Assembly: GCF_018350175.1 (NCBI RefSeq)
Contig: NC_058380.1
Span: 45,756,001 to 45,820,000 of the forward strand
Reading direction: 5' to 3'
DNA: 64,000 nucleotides
DNA from: Felis catus
Lineage: Eukaryota
In this document: positions 46,331-57,669 of the stretch, one piece after another
How the letters are laid out: each line of letters starts with the position of its first letter
How positions within the stretch are numbered: the stretch's first letter is position 1
Program-made: the position numbers and the translations under genes
Notes under the pieces: generated by a model
Databases searched by the model: none
What the model saw: only the letters and a program-made list of their open reading frames with translations
What the model was told of the DNA's origin: nothing

Positions 46331-47961
46331 AGAATGGGCATTGGGAATTACGTGAAGTTTTTTTTTTCTCCTGCAGAGTTCTCCGTTTTGCGCTATGTGT
46401 GTCTCTGGATAGATACATGGATTGGATGTATTGGCAAATCCTGTTCATATGCTTAATGTTGTGTTTATTTTAAAGCATGGCACCTTTCATTCCTTACCAT
46501 GATAATCTATTATCATTTTGATGCGTACTATGCGGAAGGTCAGGAAGCTGTTCTGTGGACGGAAACCATCCAGTATGTGGGGAAGCAGATGGAACTGACC
46601 TTAGCGAGGGCTGGGTGGAATTCGCAAGCAGGCACCACAGTGAGCAGGTGGAAGGTGGTAGCAGAAGCCAAGGGCTCCCGCTGGCTTCCCCTCACCTGGG
46701 AGCCACCCTAGTGTTTCCATGGCCTTCACGGTCAGATTTGCCTTTGATTTCCTGGTGCCTCGGTGCATCCCAATGCCGTGACAGCTTTCTAGGAAAGCTG
46801 AGTGGAGAAAGAAAAAGATGCTGTATCAAAACTGATGGGAAATAATGGTAGGGGCCCTTCCCGTTTTCATTCTTGCTTCCCTCTTTTGGTACTGACCTCA
46901 AGATGAAGTAGAAAGGAATTCAGAAGAGAAGTCCACCCGTGCCTATAAAATTACTAAATTAAAAAGAACATATACAATTAAAAAAACTCCAAGCTAGTAA
47001 AGAAAGGGGTTAGTTTTCTCTAGTATGTGGCCTCCCTGCTCCACATCTTGGCTGTGAGATGGATCACGATGAACCAAATAGCTCAGGAGAAAAGAACTGA
47101 CTCACTAACCCAGGAAGCCTTATCAGTTACTTCAGTGCAAGCCTCCAGCAGCAGGAAAATCAACACTGAGTCCCCTGCGGCCTCAGAAACTGAGAGCATG
47201 AGAAGGACTCCACAGGTTAATAGACTGAACTCCACATAGAAATCAACATTTAGCAAAATAAAATTCCTGTTGCTACTTAAGGTTACAAAAAAAAAAAAAA
47301 AGGATCGTTTACCCACACCAGTGCCCCCTACACACACGAAGTGCAGAACGTTTGTGTCCTCTGGAAGCTATGGAAAAATCTGACTCTTGAGCACCTGACA
47401 GAAAGAGAAGGAATTGGTCACAGAAACAAGCCTGGGTCGCGGACAGTTGATTATTTGGGGGACAAAGCAGCCACCCTCCAATAAAATTTTGCTCAAAGCT
47501 GGAAGTTTGATGAGCTGACTCCTGGCGGCCAGTTACAGAGAAAGAGAGAGTGAGCGAGGGGAGCCAGGTGTCACACACAGGGCTATGGGCACGCTGACCC
47601 AAAGGGACCAGGCATCTTGACTGATGCGCAAAAAATAAAAATCACAACCACAGAGCTCAGGCTCGGAGGTAAAAGTATGTCCTGAGCAAGGAGAACAACA
47701 GCTACCTACTTTTGATCGTAACACAAAAGATTTCCGTCGTTTGAAAGCTTTGGATCCCTTTACGCTGAAACATTTGAAACACTGCGGCAAATTAAACTTC
47801 ACTGAAATAGTGAAATGAGTAATTCATAGGGTTAATGTTTTCTGATCTAATCTACTCTAATCTAAGGCTTACATAAAGAAAGGAACAAAACTTAAGAAGA
47901 ATAAAACGTATACAGGAACATTCAGAAAATGAAAACGGTTTTGTATTAAAAGACATGCGGA

Positions 47962-48195
47962 GGGGCGCCTGGGTGGCACAGTCGGTTAAGCATCCGACTT
48001 CAGCCAGGTCACGATCTCGCAGTCTGTGAGTTCGAGCCCCGCGTCAGGCTCTGGGCTGATGGCTCGGAGCCTGGAGCCTGTTCCCAATTCTGTGTCTCCC
48101 TCTCTCTCTGCCCCTCTCCCGTTCATGCTCTGTCTCTCTCTGTCCCAAAAATAAATAAAAACGTTGAGAAAAAAAAAATTAAATAAAAAAAAAAA
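47962..48195 (+). mobile_element. SINEC_Fc inserted in the promoter/5' UTR of the IFN pseudogene
   Basis: TSD aaaagacatgcggag at 47948-47962 and 48192-48206. Confidence 0.95.
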
Positions 48196-48289
48196 GACAT
48201 GCGGAGAAAGAACTTGAGAGGAACTAGGGCCCAAGACGCCCCCCTCGCTCGTCACCCAGGCCACCAGACCCCTCAGGTGCCCAGCGCGC

Positions 48290-48820
48290 ACCCCCTCGGC
48301 GGGCCTCCTGCTGGATCCCTGTGGCCGCATCTCCTTTCTGGGCTCTGACCTGCCTCCCGGCCAAGGGCGGCTTCACAGGAAGACCTACTGCTTCTGACAC
48401 AGATCAGGAGGACGTCTCAGTTCTCTTGACTGAGGGGCATCTCCCCCGGGGAGAGGGTGGGTGGCTGCCAGTTGCAGGAGGCCCAGGCCACCTCTGTCCC
48501 CAGGAGCTGCTCCGGCAGACCTTCTAAGTTCCTCACAAAGTGCCATCTGCTGCCTAGAACCCGATCCTGCTGGACAAACTGCCCGGGGCACCGGGGACAG
48601 CCGGAACCCAGGACACCTGCCTCAAATGCACACACCCAGACACTCCTGCAAGAACCTTTCACTAGAGGACAAAAGTTCCATCCGGGGACTTCATCTCAGT
48701 CTAAAGAGAAGCAATGGAGTGATTGTGCCTCTAGAAAGATGCCTGAGTGCAAATCACGTGATCGTTGTCTGCATATTCAAATTCGTAACAATTAGTAAGG
48801 AGGAAGGAAGGAGACCCCAA
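48290..48820 (+). pseudogene. Heavily degraded type I IFN pseudogene (omega-like by upstream flank)
   Basis: LGSDLPPGQGRLHRKT/LLTQIRRTSQFS*L..VGGCQLQEAQATSV/QELLRQTF*..SAA*NPILLDKL..KEKQWSDCA; IFN-type promoter remnant (ttcagaaaatgaaaac at ~47921) and 3' aaatgattctc. Confidence 0.8.
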
Positions 48821-49079
48821 AATGATTCTCTTTAATACATGAAGTCACATTCCCAGGTATTTAGTCATTTCACTGACTTTATTTCTGCTTCCGTCTTAGA
48901 ATGCATCGAGTTAAATTGTTCAAAAGTGTGCTCCAATGTTCTTCATCAGTGATTATCTCTCGGGCCTCTTTCCTTGGGAGACACTTACCTCTAACGATGT
49001 GACATACGTATTCGTGTATTGGCGGACGTTCCGGTTCCCATCCAATATGTAATCAGCTGGGCTGGTCGTCAGCCTTGAC

Positions 49080-49620
49080 CTTCCATCAACTACAACATAA
49101 GTGCCAAACAAACTGAAAAGCAACAACTCTTCTTAGATCCATCAGAGAATTGGGGGTCGAGGTGCCAGCTGCCGCCCTTAGCTCTGCAGAAAGAGGGGGA
49201 TGCAGACAGAGACCCTGGATGACTGGGAGCAGAAATGCAAGAGTTTAAAGCACAGCTGAAGCTCGTATTGGTAGAAACACTGAAGCCGAAATGGAAGAAT
49301 TACTGGCAGGTCCATATGGACGAGCTTGAGATCGAAAAACTGCAAGATATCCTGTCTTTGGGGGCCACACGCTTTTGTGAGTGTTACCTTCGGGAGAAAC
49401 CTTCACCAGGTTCTCACTGTGAAGATGAGAAAACAAACTCCTGGTGCTTCCAGCAGAGGAAAGGAAAGAGAAATCACTGGCTGGGAATCCTCTCAGTCTT
49501 CTGTTCCCCTCAACAAAGGCCTGCTCTCCAGGGAAATGATTTTCCTAGAGCCTCCCCCCGCCCCCACCAGGGGAAGGGAAGTCTAGCCCTCTCTCCTCTT
49601 CCACTCGGGGGACAGGAAGG
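49080..49620 (+). mobile_element. Old L1M 5'-region fragment
   Basis: aaacaaactgaaaagcaacaactcttcttagatccatcagagaattg resembles old L1M 5' sequence. Confidence 0.5.
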
Positions 49621-50519
49621 GCAAAACTGCAAGCCCCTCTAACTTTCCTGTGTCCCTTAGCGGGGTGGTCACGTTAGAACATCTAGAAGTGCTTAGGGAG
49701 TATTTTCCACTGAATGAAGGCTTACCATCATGTTCTTATTTATTCATAGAGGTCTATAAGAGCATAAGTAACTTCTCCTAGCCCTCTCTCTGTAACTGAC
49801 TGCAAAATGCTGAGAGTCTAAAAAAACAGAATTGGGAACAAGTGGCTCATCAATGTAATTATATACATACTAATATACTATGTACACATAGATACTGTGT
49901 ATATACACGTGCACTATGTATTCTGACTCTAGCACGTTCCCCTTTCCTCCCGCTTCCCCAGATCTCATTCTTCACGTGCATCTCACAGTGTTTCCTTCTG
50001 CCCCAGTGTAGAAACCCCCAGCGAGCTCTGCTCTCCTCAGTCTCTCCTCCTGAACCTGCCCTGCCCATTCACACAGCTGCTTCCTTTTCTGCTGTGGTTT
50101 CCGGCCAAGTACAAAAGTCACTAACTGAAATCAAGAGTGGTGTGAAAGTTCTAGGTTTTTGGAAACTCTCATAGGAGAGTTCTTGTTCTCTTCTTTTTCT
50201 TCTCGTGACCTTTTTTGGCCATGAGGGAATGTTCCTCCTACAATGATGCAACTAGCTGTAGGGAAAAAGGAAAGAGAAAGCAGGATCATTTTAGTCAGGG
50301 GTCTGTTAAAATATTTACAAAGGAAGATTGCCACCTACTGGCCAAGATGGACAAAGACAATGACCGGATCTGGAGACCTGGCTTGGGGTCTACAGAAGTC
50401 TGTTCCCAGGCAGGAGTCTTTTCTACAGAGAAAAATGACTCTTTCCTGGAAAGAACTGACTCCAATAACATAATAAGCCAATTTCCTTACCTTGGATATA
50501 GTTTTGAAAAAACACAAGT

Positions 50520-50705
50520 GTTCTTTTTTTTTTTTTGAGAGAGAGAGTGAGCACATAAGGGAGGGGCAGAGAGAGACTGGGGACAGAGGATCTGAAGCAG
50601 GCTCTGTGCTGACAGCAGAGAGTCTGATGTGGGGCTTGAACTCATGAATCATGAGATCATGACCTGAGCTGAAGTCAGATGATCAACCAACTGAGCCCCC
50701 AAGAG
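50520..50705 (-). mobile_element. Can-SINE
   Basis: Reverse-oriented SINE body. Confidence 0.88.
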
Positions 50706-51357
50706 CCGTTAGCTTCACAGCAAAATTGAGTGCAAGATATTGAGGCTTCACATACTCTCCGGTTCTGTATATGAATAGTCTCCCCCATTATCAGCATTGC
50801 CACACCAGGTGGAATAGTTGTTACAATTGCTTCCAAGGGTATAACAGTAAGTTCCTAGGGTTGTGAAGCAGCCTGATATATTGCAGTGGTCTGTGGCACT
50901 CCAAAGCTCAACATTGGGCCAGTCTAACAAAACATTCTTCCTTAATATTTATTTTCTCTCATTGGATTTTCTTGGGTATCATATGAGAAGTACGGACATT
51001 GAATTTGTGGAATATACACAAAACATCTGCAAGATCAGTGTGACAAACCTGGGGCTAACCCGTCTCTGTGATTGGAAGAGTTTCTCTCCATTGTTTCTTG
51101 GATCTCAAAGTCATTCTGGGAGAGGTGGCCTTTGCTCACTTGTGAGCTGCTATTGGCCGTCTTGTGCATGTTGCTTTTGTCTGAGCCTCAATGTGATATG
51201 GGCTTTGGGAATTAAATACAAATATATTATATTTTATGATTTAATTCTACAAAACTCATTCAACACATCAGCAATTATCTAGTGAGAAACAGAAAAAATA
51301 TTGTGACAATACCTTCAAGAGTATCTAGCAGCAGGTTAAGTTAAAAATTATTTTGTC

Positions 51358-51558
51358 AGGGCGCCTGGGTGGCTCAGTCCGTTAAGCGTCTGACTCTTCA
51401 TCTCGGCTTAGGTCATGATCTCACGGTTTATGAGTTTGAGTCCCGTGTCGGGCTCTGTGCTGATGGCGCGGAGCCTGCTTTGGATTCTGTCTCTCCTTCT
51501 CTCTGCCCCTCTTCTGATTGTGCTCTCCCAAATAAATAAATAAATAAACTGAAAAAAA
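51358..51558 (+). mobile_element. Can-SINE
   Basis: TSD aaaaattattttgtca. Confidence 0.92.
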
Positions 51559-51785
51559 TTATTTTGTCATGAGGCAACATTAAAATTCAGTACACTGAAA
51601 ATAAATCAGGGAATAATTTAAGTGAATAATTACAATTTTTTGTTGCTTTTAGCAATTTGGAATGATTTTAAATATTTAAGTACATTGAAATCTTTATGTC
51701 TTTATAGAAATTTTAATTTACTTACGTACTTTATATAAAATTTATATAAGTAAATAAGTTATAAGTCACAAATTAAATTTAGGTC

Positions 51786-53195
51786 TAGAATAGAATAGAG
51801 ACTCCAGAATTGGACCCACAAATGTATGGCCAGCTAATCTTTGACAAAGCAGGAAAGNNNNNNNNNNNNNNNNNNNNNNNNNNNNNNNNNNNNNNNNNNN
51901 NNNNNNNNNNNNNNNNNNNNNNNNNNNNNNNNNNNNNNNNNNNNNNNNNNNNNNNNNNNNNNNNNNNNNNNNNNNNNNNNNNNNNNNNNNNNNNNNTGAG
52001 ACAGGAAACTATCAAAACCCTAGAGCAGAAAGCAGGAAAAAACCTCTCTGACCTCAGCCGCAGCAACTTCTTACTTGACACATCCCCAGAGGAAAGGGAA
52101 TTAAGAGCAAAAATGAACTATTGGGACCTCATCAAGATAAAAAGCTTCTGCACTGCAAAGGAAACAATCACCAAAACTAAAAGGCAACCAACGGAATGGG
52201 AAAAGATATTTGCAAATGACATATTGGACAAAGGGCTAGTATCCAAAATGTATAACGAACTCACCAAACTCCACACCCAAACTCCACACCAAACTCCACT
52301 CCAAAAACAAATAATCCAGCGAAGNNNNNNNNNNNNNNNNNNNNNNNNNNNNNNNNNNNNNNNNNNNNNNNNNNNNNNNNNNNNNNNNNNNNNNNNNNNN
52401 NNNNNNNNNNNNNNNNNNNNNNNNNNNNNNNNNNNNNNNNNNNNNNNNNNNNNNNNNGGCCAGTGAGAGTGGCCAAAATGAACAAACCAGGAGCCTATAG
52501 ATGTTGGAGAGGATGTGGTGAAATGGGAACCTTCTTGCACTGTTGGTGGGAGTGCAAACTGGTGCAGCCACTCTGGAAAACAGTGTGGTGGTTTCTCAAA
52601 AAATTAAAAATAGATCTACCCTATGACCCAGCAATAGCACTGCCAGGAATTTACCCAAGGGATACAGGAGTGCTGATGCATAAGGGCACTTGTACCCCAA
52701 TGTTTATAGCAGCACTTTCGATAATATCCAAATTATGGAAAGAGCTTAACTGCCATCAACTGATGAGTGGATAAAGAAGTTTTGGTTTATATACACAATG
52801 GAATACTACTTGGTAATGAGAAAGAATGAAATATGGCCTTTTGTGGCAACGTGGATGTAACTGGAAAGTGTTATGCTAAGTGAAATAAGTCATACAGAGA
52901 GAGACAGATATCATGTGTTTTGACTCTTATGTGGATCATGAGAAACTTAACAGAAGACCATGGGGGAGGGGAAGGGGAAAAAAAACGTTAGGGAGGGAGG
53001 GAGGCAAACCATAAGAGACTCTTAAAAACTGAGAATAAACAGTGGGTTGATGGGGGGTGGCAGGGAGGGAAGGGTGGGTGATGGGTATCGAGGAGGGCAC
53101 CAATTGGGATGAGCACTGGGTGTTGTATGGAAACCAATTTGACAATAAATTTCATATTAAAAATATAAATAAATAAATATGCAACCATTAAAAAA
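51786..53195 (+). mobile_element. 5'-truncated felid L1 (ORF2 C-terminus plus 3' UTR)
   Basis: ORF2 motifs [47 protein letters not shown]; G-rich 3' UTR and A-tail; imperfect TSD aaat(t/c)aaa(t/a)ttaggtc. Confidence 0.95.
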
Positions 53196-53489
53196 ATCAA
53201 AATTAGGTCCATACTTAAGCATCAATGGCTTTAAATTTTAACTTTTAAAAATTTTTAGTAATTCTTAACCCTGCATTGGATCAATAGAGTAAACTTTATA
53301 TTTCCTTTTTTATGATTTTTTATGTATAAAGTACAGTTAAATATACAGTACATAATTACACATAATGTGTATCTGTGTTATTAAATTTTCTTAGAAGGTT
53401 CAGTTAGATAAATATGTACAAAAACTCTGGAGGCAAGAGGTAATGATGAAAAAAAAAAATGGTTGTGGAACCCATGCTCTAAACCCAAG

Positions 53490-53580
53490 TAGAAGGTGCA
53501 TAAAGGAAAGCAAAAACAGAAGTAGAAAGTAAGGACAACGTTCAGAAAGTGAAAACTGCTATGTTCCCTACTTAAGCCAC
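53490..53580 (+). promoter_or_regulatory. IFN-alpha VRE (IRF sites) with variant TATA
   Basis: gtgcataaaggaaagcaaaaacagaagtagaaagt..cagaaagtgaaaact..ccctacttaag, closely resembling the classical IFNA VRE. Confidence 0.8.
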
Positions 53581-53670
53581 ACGCACAAGGGAAGATGTTC
53601 AGAGAACCTAGAGCCACGGGTCACAGAGTCGCCCACCCCAGCCAGGCCAACAGCATCCGCAAGATCCCCA

Positions 53671-54255
53671 ATGGCGCTGCCCTCTTCCTTCTTGGTGGCC
53701 CTGGTGGCGCTGGGCTGCAACTCCGTCTGCTCTCTGGGCTGTGACCTGCCTCAGACCCACGGCCTGCTGAACAGGAGGGCCTTGACGCTCCTGGGACAAA
53801 TGAGGAGACTCCCTGCCAGCTCCTGTCAGAAGGACAGAAATGACTTCGCCTTCCCCCAGGACGTGTTCGGTGGAGACCAGTCCCACAAGGCCCAAGCCCT
53901 CTCGGTGGTGCACGTGACGAACCAGAAGATCTTCCACTTCTTCTGCACAGAGGCGTCCTCGTCTGCTGCTTGGAACACCACCCTCCTGGAGGAATTTTGC
54001 ACGGGACTTGATCGGCAGCTGACCCGCCTGGAAGCCTGTGTCCTGCAGGAGGTGGAGGAGGGAGAGGCTCCCCTGACGAACGAGGACATTCATCCCGAGG
54101 ACTCCATCCTGAGGAACTACTTCCAAAGACTCTCCCTCTACCTGCAAGAGAAGAAATACAGCCCTTGTGCCTGGGAGATCGTCAGAGCAGAAATCATGAG
54201 ATCCTTGTATTATTCATCAACAGCCTTGCAGAAAAGATTAAGGAGCGAGAAATGA
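53671..54255 (+). CDS. IFNA: Feline interferon alpha, 194 aa (IHPED-insertion type), intronless
   Basis: Complete ORF with signal peptide, conserved cysteines and [13 protein letters not shown]; AU-rich 3' UTR at ~54453-54490. Confidence 0.97.
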   Translation: MALPSSFLVALVALGCNSVCSLGCDLPQTHGLLNRRALTLLGQMRRLPASSCQKDRNDFAFPQDVFGGDQSHKAQALSVVHVTNQKIFHFFCTEASSSAAWNTTLLEEFCTGLDRQLTRLEACVLQEVEEGEAPLTNEDIHPEDSILRNYFQRLSLYLQEKKYSPCAWEIVRAEIMRSLYYSSTALQKRLRSEK

Positions 54256-54672
54256 GACCTGTTCAACATGGAAATGATTCTCACTGACTCATCACACCAC
54301 ACTTTCCACCTGTCCTGCCATGTCAAAGACTCTCATTTCTCCATTCTGCTGTGACATGAATGGAATCAATTTGTCCAATGTTTTCAGGAGTATTAAATGA
54401 CATCATGTCAACTCTACAAGCACTAGCCACTTATCAATGACCATGCTGATGTCTATTTGTCTATTTATATATTTATTTATTTAACTATTTGTAAGATCAA
54501 ATTTTTTCATATAATATGTGCACACTTACATTGTGATAATATAATAAAATGTATTGTTTATATTTTGTCAATTTAGTGTTTGTTTTTTGTTTATTCAATT
54601 TTATTATAGGAAGTGTGTTTAAAAAGAAATCCAGACCTAATTTTGTAACTTGATTTAAAAATGGATGGCAAA

Positions 54673-54880
54673 GGGTGCCTGGGTGGCTCAGTCGGTTGAG
54701 CGTCCAACTTTGGCTCAGGTCATGATCTCGCGGTTTGTGAGTTTGAGTCCTGTGTCGGGCTCTGTGCTGATAGCTGGGAGCCTGGAGCCTGCTTCAGAAT
54801 CTGTGTCTCTCTCTCTCTCTCCCCTCCTCCACTCACACTCTGTCTCTCCTTCAAAAAAAAAAAAATAAACATTAAAAAAA
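54673..54880 (+). mobile_element. Can-SINE
   Basis: TSD aaaaatggatggcaaa. Confidence 0.92.
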
Positions 54881-54997
54881 ATGGATGGCAAAATGCATTT
54901 ACCTATTATATTATGTTAACATCAGAAGTAGCAACTGACTGCCTATAAGACAAGTTGTACTTTGTCCAGAGGATATAGGACCTAACAAATACAGTTT

Positions 54998-55227
54998 CTT
55001 TTTTTGTTTTGTTTTAATTTTTTTTTTTTAACATTTATTTATTTTGGAGAGTCAGAGACAGAGCACAAGTCTGGGAGGGGCAGAGAGAGGAGATACGGAA
55101 TCTGTAGCAGGCTCCAGGCTCCGAGCTGTCAGCACAGAGCCCGACGTGGGGCTCAAATTCGTAAACTGTGAGATCATGACCTGAGCCAAAGTCGGACGCT
55201 TAAGGGACTGAGCCACCAAGGCGTCCC
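54998..55227 (-). mobile_element. Can-SINE
   Basis: TSD atacagtttct. Confidence 0.9.
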
Positions 55228-55291
55228 ACAGATACAGTTTCTAATGTCTTTATCTTTCATTTTTCTAGGGATAGATCTAAAAACAATAACC

Positions 55292-55510
55292 AGGAGCACC
55301 TGGGTAGCTCAGTCAATTAAACATCTGAATCTTGATTTGGGCTCAGGTCATGATCTCATGGTTTGTGAGATGAAACCCCGTGTCGGACTCTGGGCTGGAA
55401 GCATGGAGCCTGCTTGGGATCCTTTGTCTCCCTCTCTCTGTGCCCCTCCCCTGCTGATGCTTTCTCTCTGTCTCAAAATAAATAAATAAACATTAAAAAT
55501 AATAAAAACA
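55292..55510 (+). mobile_element. Can-SINE
   Basis: TSD aaaaacaataa. Confidence 0.88.
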
Positions 55511-56776
55511 ATAATCATATTTAATGTGATAATGAAGAAGGCAAATAAGTGAATTCTCTCACCTGGTGCTAGAACGAAGTATGTCAAGAAATAAAAATAA
55601 AAGCTGTCCATCTCTACAGTTGACTGGGAGACAGCGGAGTGCAAATTACCATTGTTAGAGGACAAGTGAGCTTGCATTTTACAAGTAACGCCATGCCTAG
55701 AGGTCCATATGTGACAATGGGAAGCCAGAAACAGAGGTGGACATGGGGGGAGACAGTGTAGTGTGAGAAAAAGACATAAACTGGATTCTATGGATCCTCA
55801 AGCATTCAAGGGAGGAGAGAGAAGAGACACAAAGGATACACAAGAATACTGACCATTCAGTAGAAGGATAACAAGAGAGGATGGTGAGGAGCGTATCTGA
55901 GGAAATACATTGTGCTTAGAAGAGTGTCAGTGGATTCATGGACGATGTGGATTTAATTGCCTGCTACGTCAGAAAAATAGATACCATCGGTGACCTTCAT
56001 GAGAGCTGGTTTGGTGGAATTAATAAGCAGAAACCACACCGGAGTGGATGGAAGCCTTAATAAGAGAAGTTAGTGCCTCTGAAGTGGAGAAGACAGCGTG
56101 GGATCTGGAAAATGTTGTGGGGTAGTTTTTCTGTGCGTCGTTCTGCCTTTTATGCCATATGGTTTCCTCTGGGTGATTTCATGACATTGATGCACTGGCA
56201 TGTTAATGTGTTTAATATTGCATTTATTTTGATTCATGATTTACTTAATTACTTTCAATGGTTTATCCTGAGTTATTACTACCTTGTATATCAGCAAGCT
56301 ATTCATCTTTAAGAATTCACTAGGGCAGGAATAGATAACTAATTCAACCCTTCATGAAAACATCTGTTACCACTGACACAATAATGTTTCCTGGAATTAT
56401 TGGCTTTATGAATTCAGTTACTTAACTTTGATCACTGTGACATTGGTTTACTGCAGCAGTTTTCTGCCATGTTCCATTTTCTAGGAGAGTTTGATATGAT
56501 AAGAATTCTCTTATGTTACTCACCGGTAATTTTCCCTAATTTTGTAACTACTACAATCATTGGTGGATCCCCAAATAGCAAAATTATTATGGACATAAAG
56601 ACAGACAGATTTTCTTAAAATGAAAGTGGGAGGCTGGGTCAGGCATTCTCTTTGTTAATGCTTAAGGCAAAGAAAAATTTAGTTAAAATCAGCTGAAAAT
56701 ACAACACGAAGAAGGAAAATCCATAGAGCACAAGAGCGTCGTATATAATTCAGGAGTAATTATAGTAGAATATTAT

Positions 56777-56992
56777 GGGGGCGCCTGGGTGGCTCAGTTG
56801 GTTAAGAGTCTGACTTCAGCTCAGGTCATGATCTCGCGGTGTGTGAGTTCGAGCCTCACGTTGGGCTCTGTGCTGACAGCTCAGAGCCTGGAACCTGCTT
56901 CGGATTCTGTGTCTCCCTCTCTCTCTCTTCCCCTCCCCTGCTCACACTCTGTCTCTCTTTCTCTCTCAAAAACAAATAAACATTAAAAAAAA
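56777..56992 (+). mobile_element. Can-SINE
   Basis: Full-length; flanking tagtagaatattatg duplicated. Confidence 0.92.
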
Positions 56993-57651
56993 CCTTATGA
57001 TAGTAGAATATTATGCATGAAGTCACGCACATGAAAGGCACCGAGCATTGCATCTTCCTGAGAGTAATGACTAAAAACATGGCCGGTATTTTCCTAGTTT
57101 TCTTCAGACAGCTATGTATGAGAATAGCGTTTGTCTCTTTCTACACAATTCTTAGCAAGCTTTCCTGTCCTACCTTATATTCATTCCTCATTTCGAAAAA
57201 GTGTCGTATTTATATTCAGTGATGAAACGGTGGCTTGTGTTAATATCTGAGCGTCGAGAATAAACATCTAGGTGGAAGTTCAGAAGAACATGATGTTTCT
57301 TTAATATTCTGGCACCTGCCTCTCCCCCAGCATTCCAGGACACTTTCCCCTGCCCTATGGGTTTCCTCCCTGTCCCAGACGGAAGTTCCCACACACCGTG
57401 GTCGCTCAATCCCTTGACCTGTCAGCCTATTTCTGTTCCATTGCGGTCTCAGCTTAAAGTTTCCCTTAAGAGCAGCACATCACAAGTAGAAAGCAAAAAC
57501 CAAATGAAACGTCTAGGTTTTGCAGAAACACCTGCAAGAGAGACTTTCTTTTAATTTCCATTGAATGTGATGTAATAGCAACTGAGGCTAAAAGGAAACA
57601 GAAAGCGGGATCCCGTTGAAGGGTGGGCGAATGAAGCTCCTTTCAGGGAAG

Positions 57652-57669
57652 GCCGCCCCCTGGTGGCCA
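57652..57669 (-). promoter_or_regulatory. Strong CTCF consensus motif
   Basis: Reverse complement is tggccaccagggggcggc. Confidence 0.6.

Noticed and set aside
51810-52774. L1 ORF2 peptides as a functional gene
   Set aside because: 5'-truncated element with gaps, a frameshift and stops.
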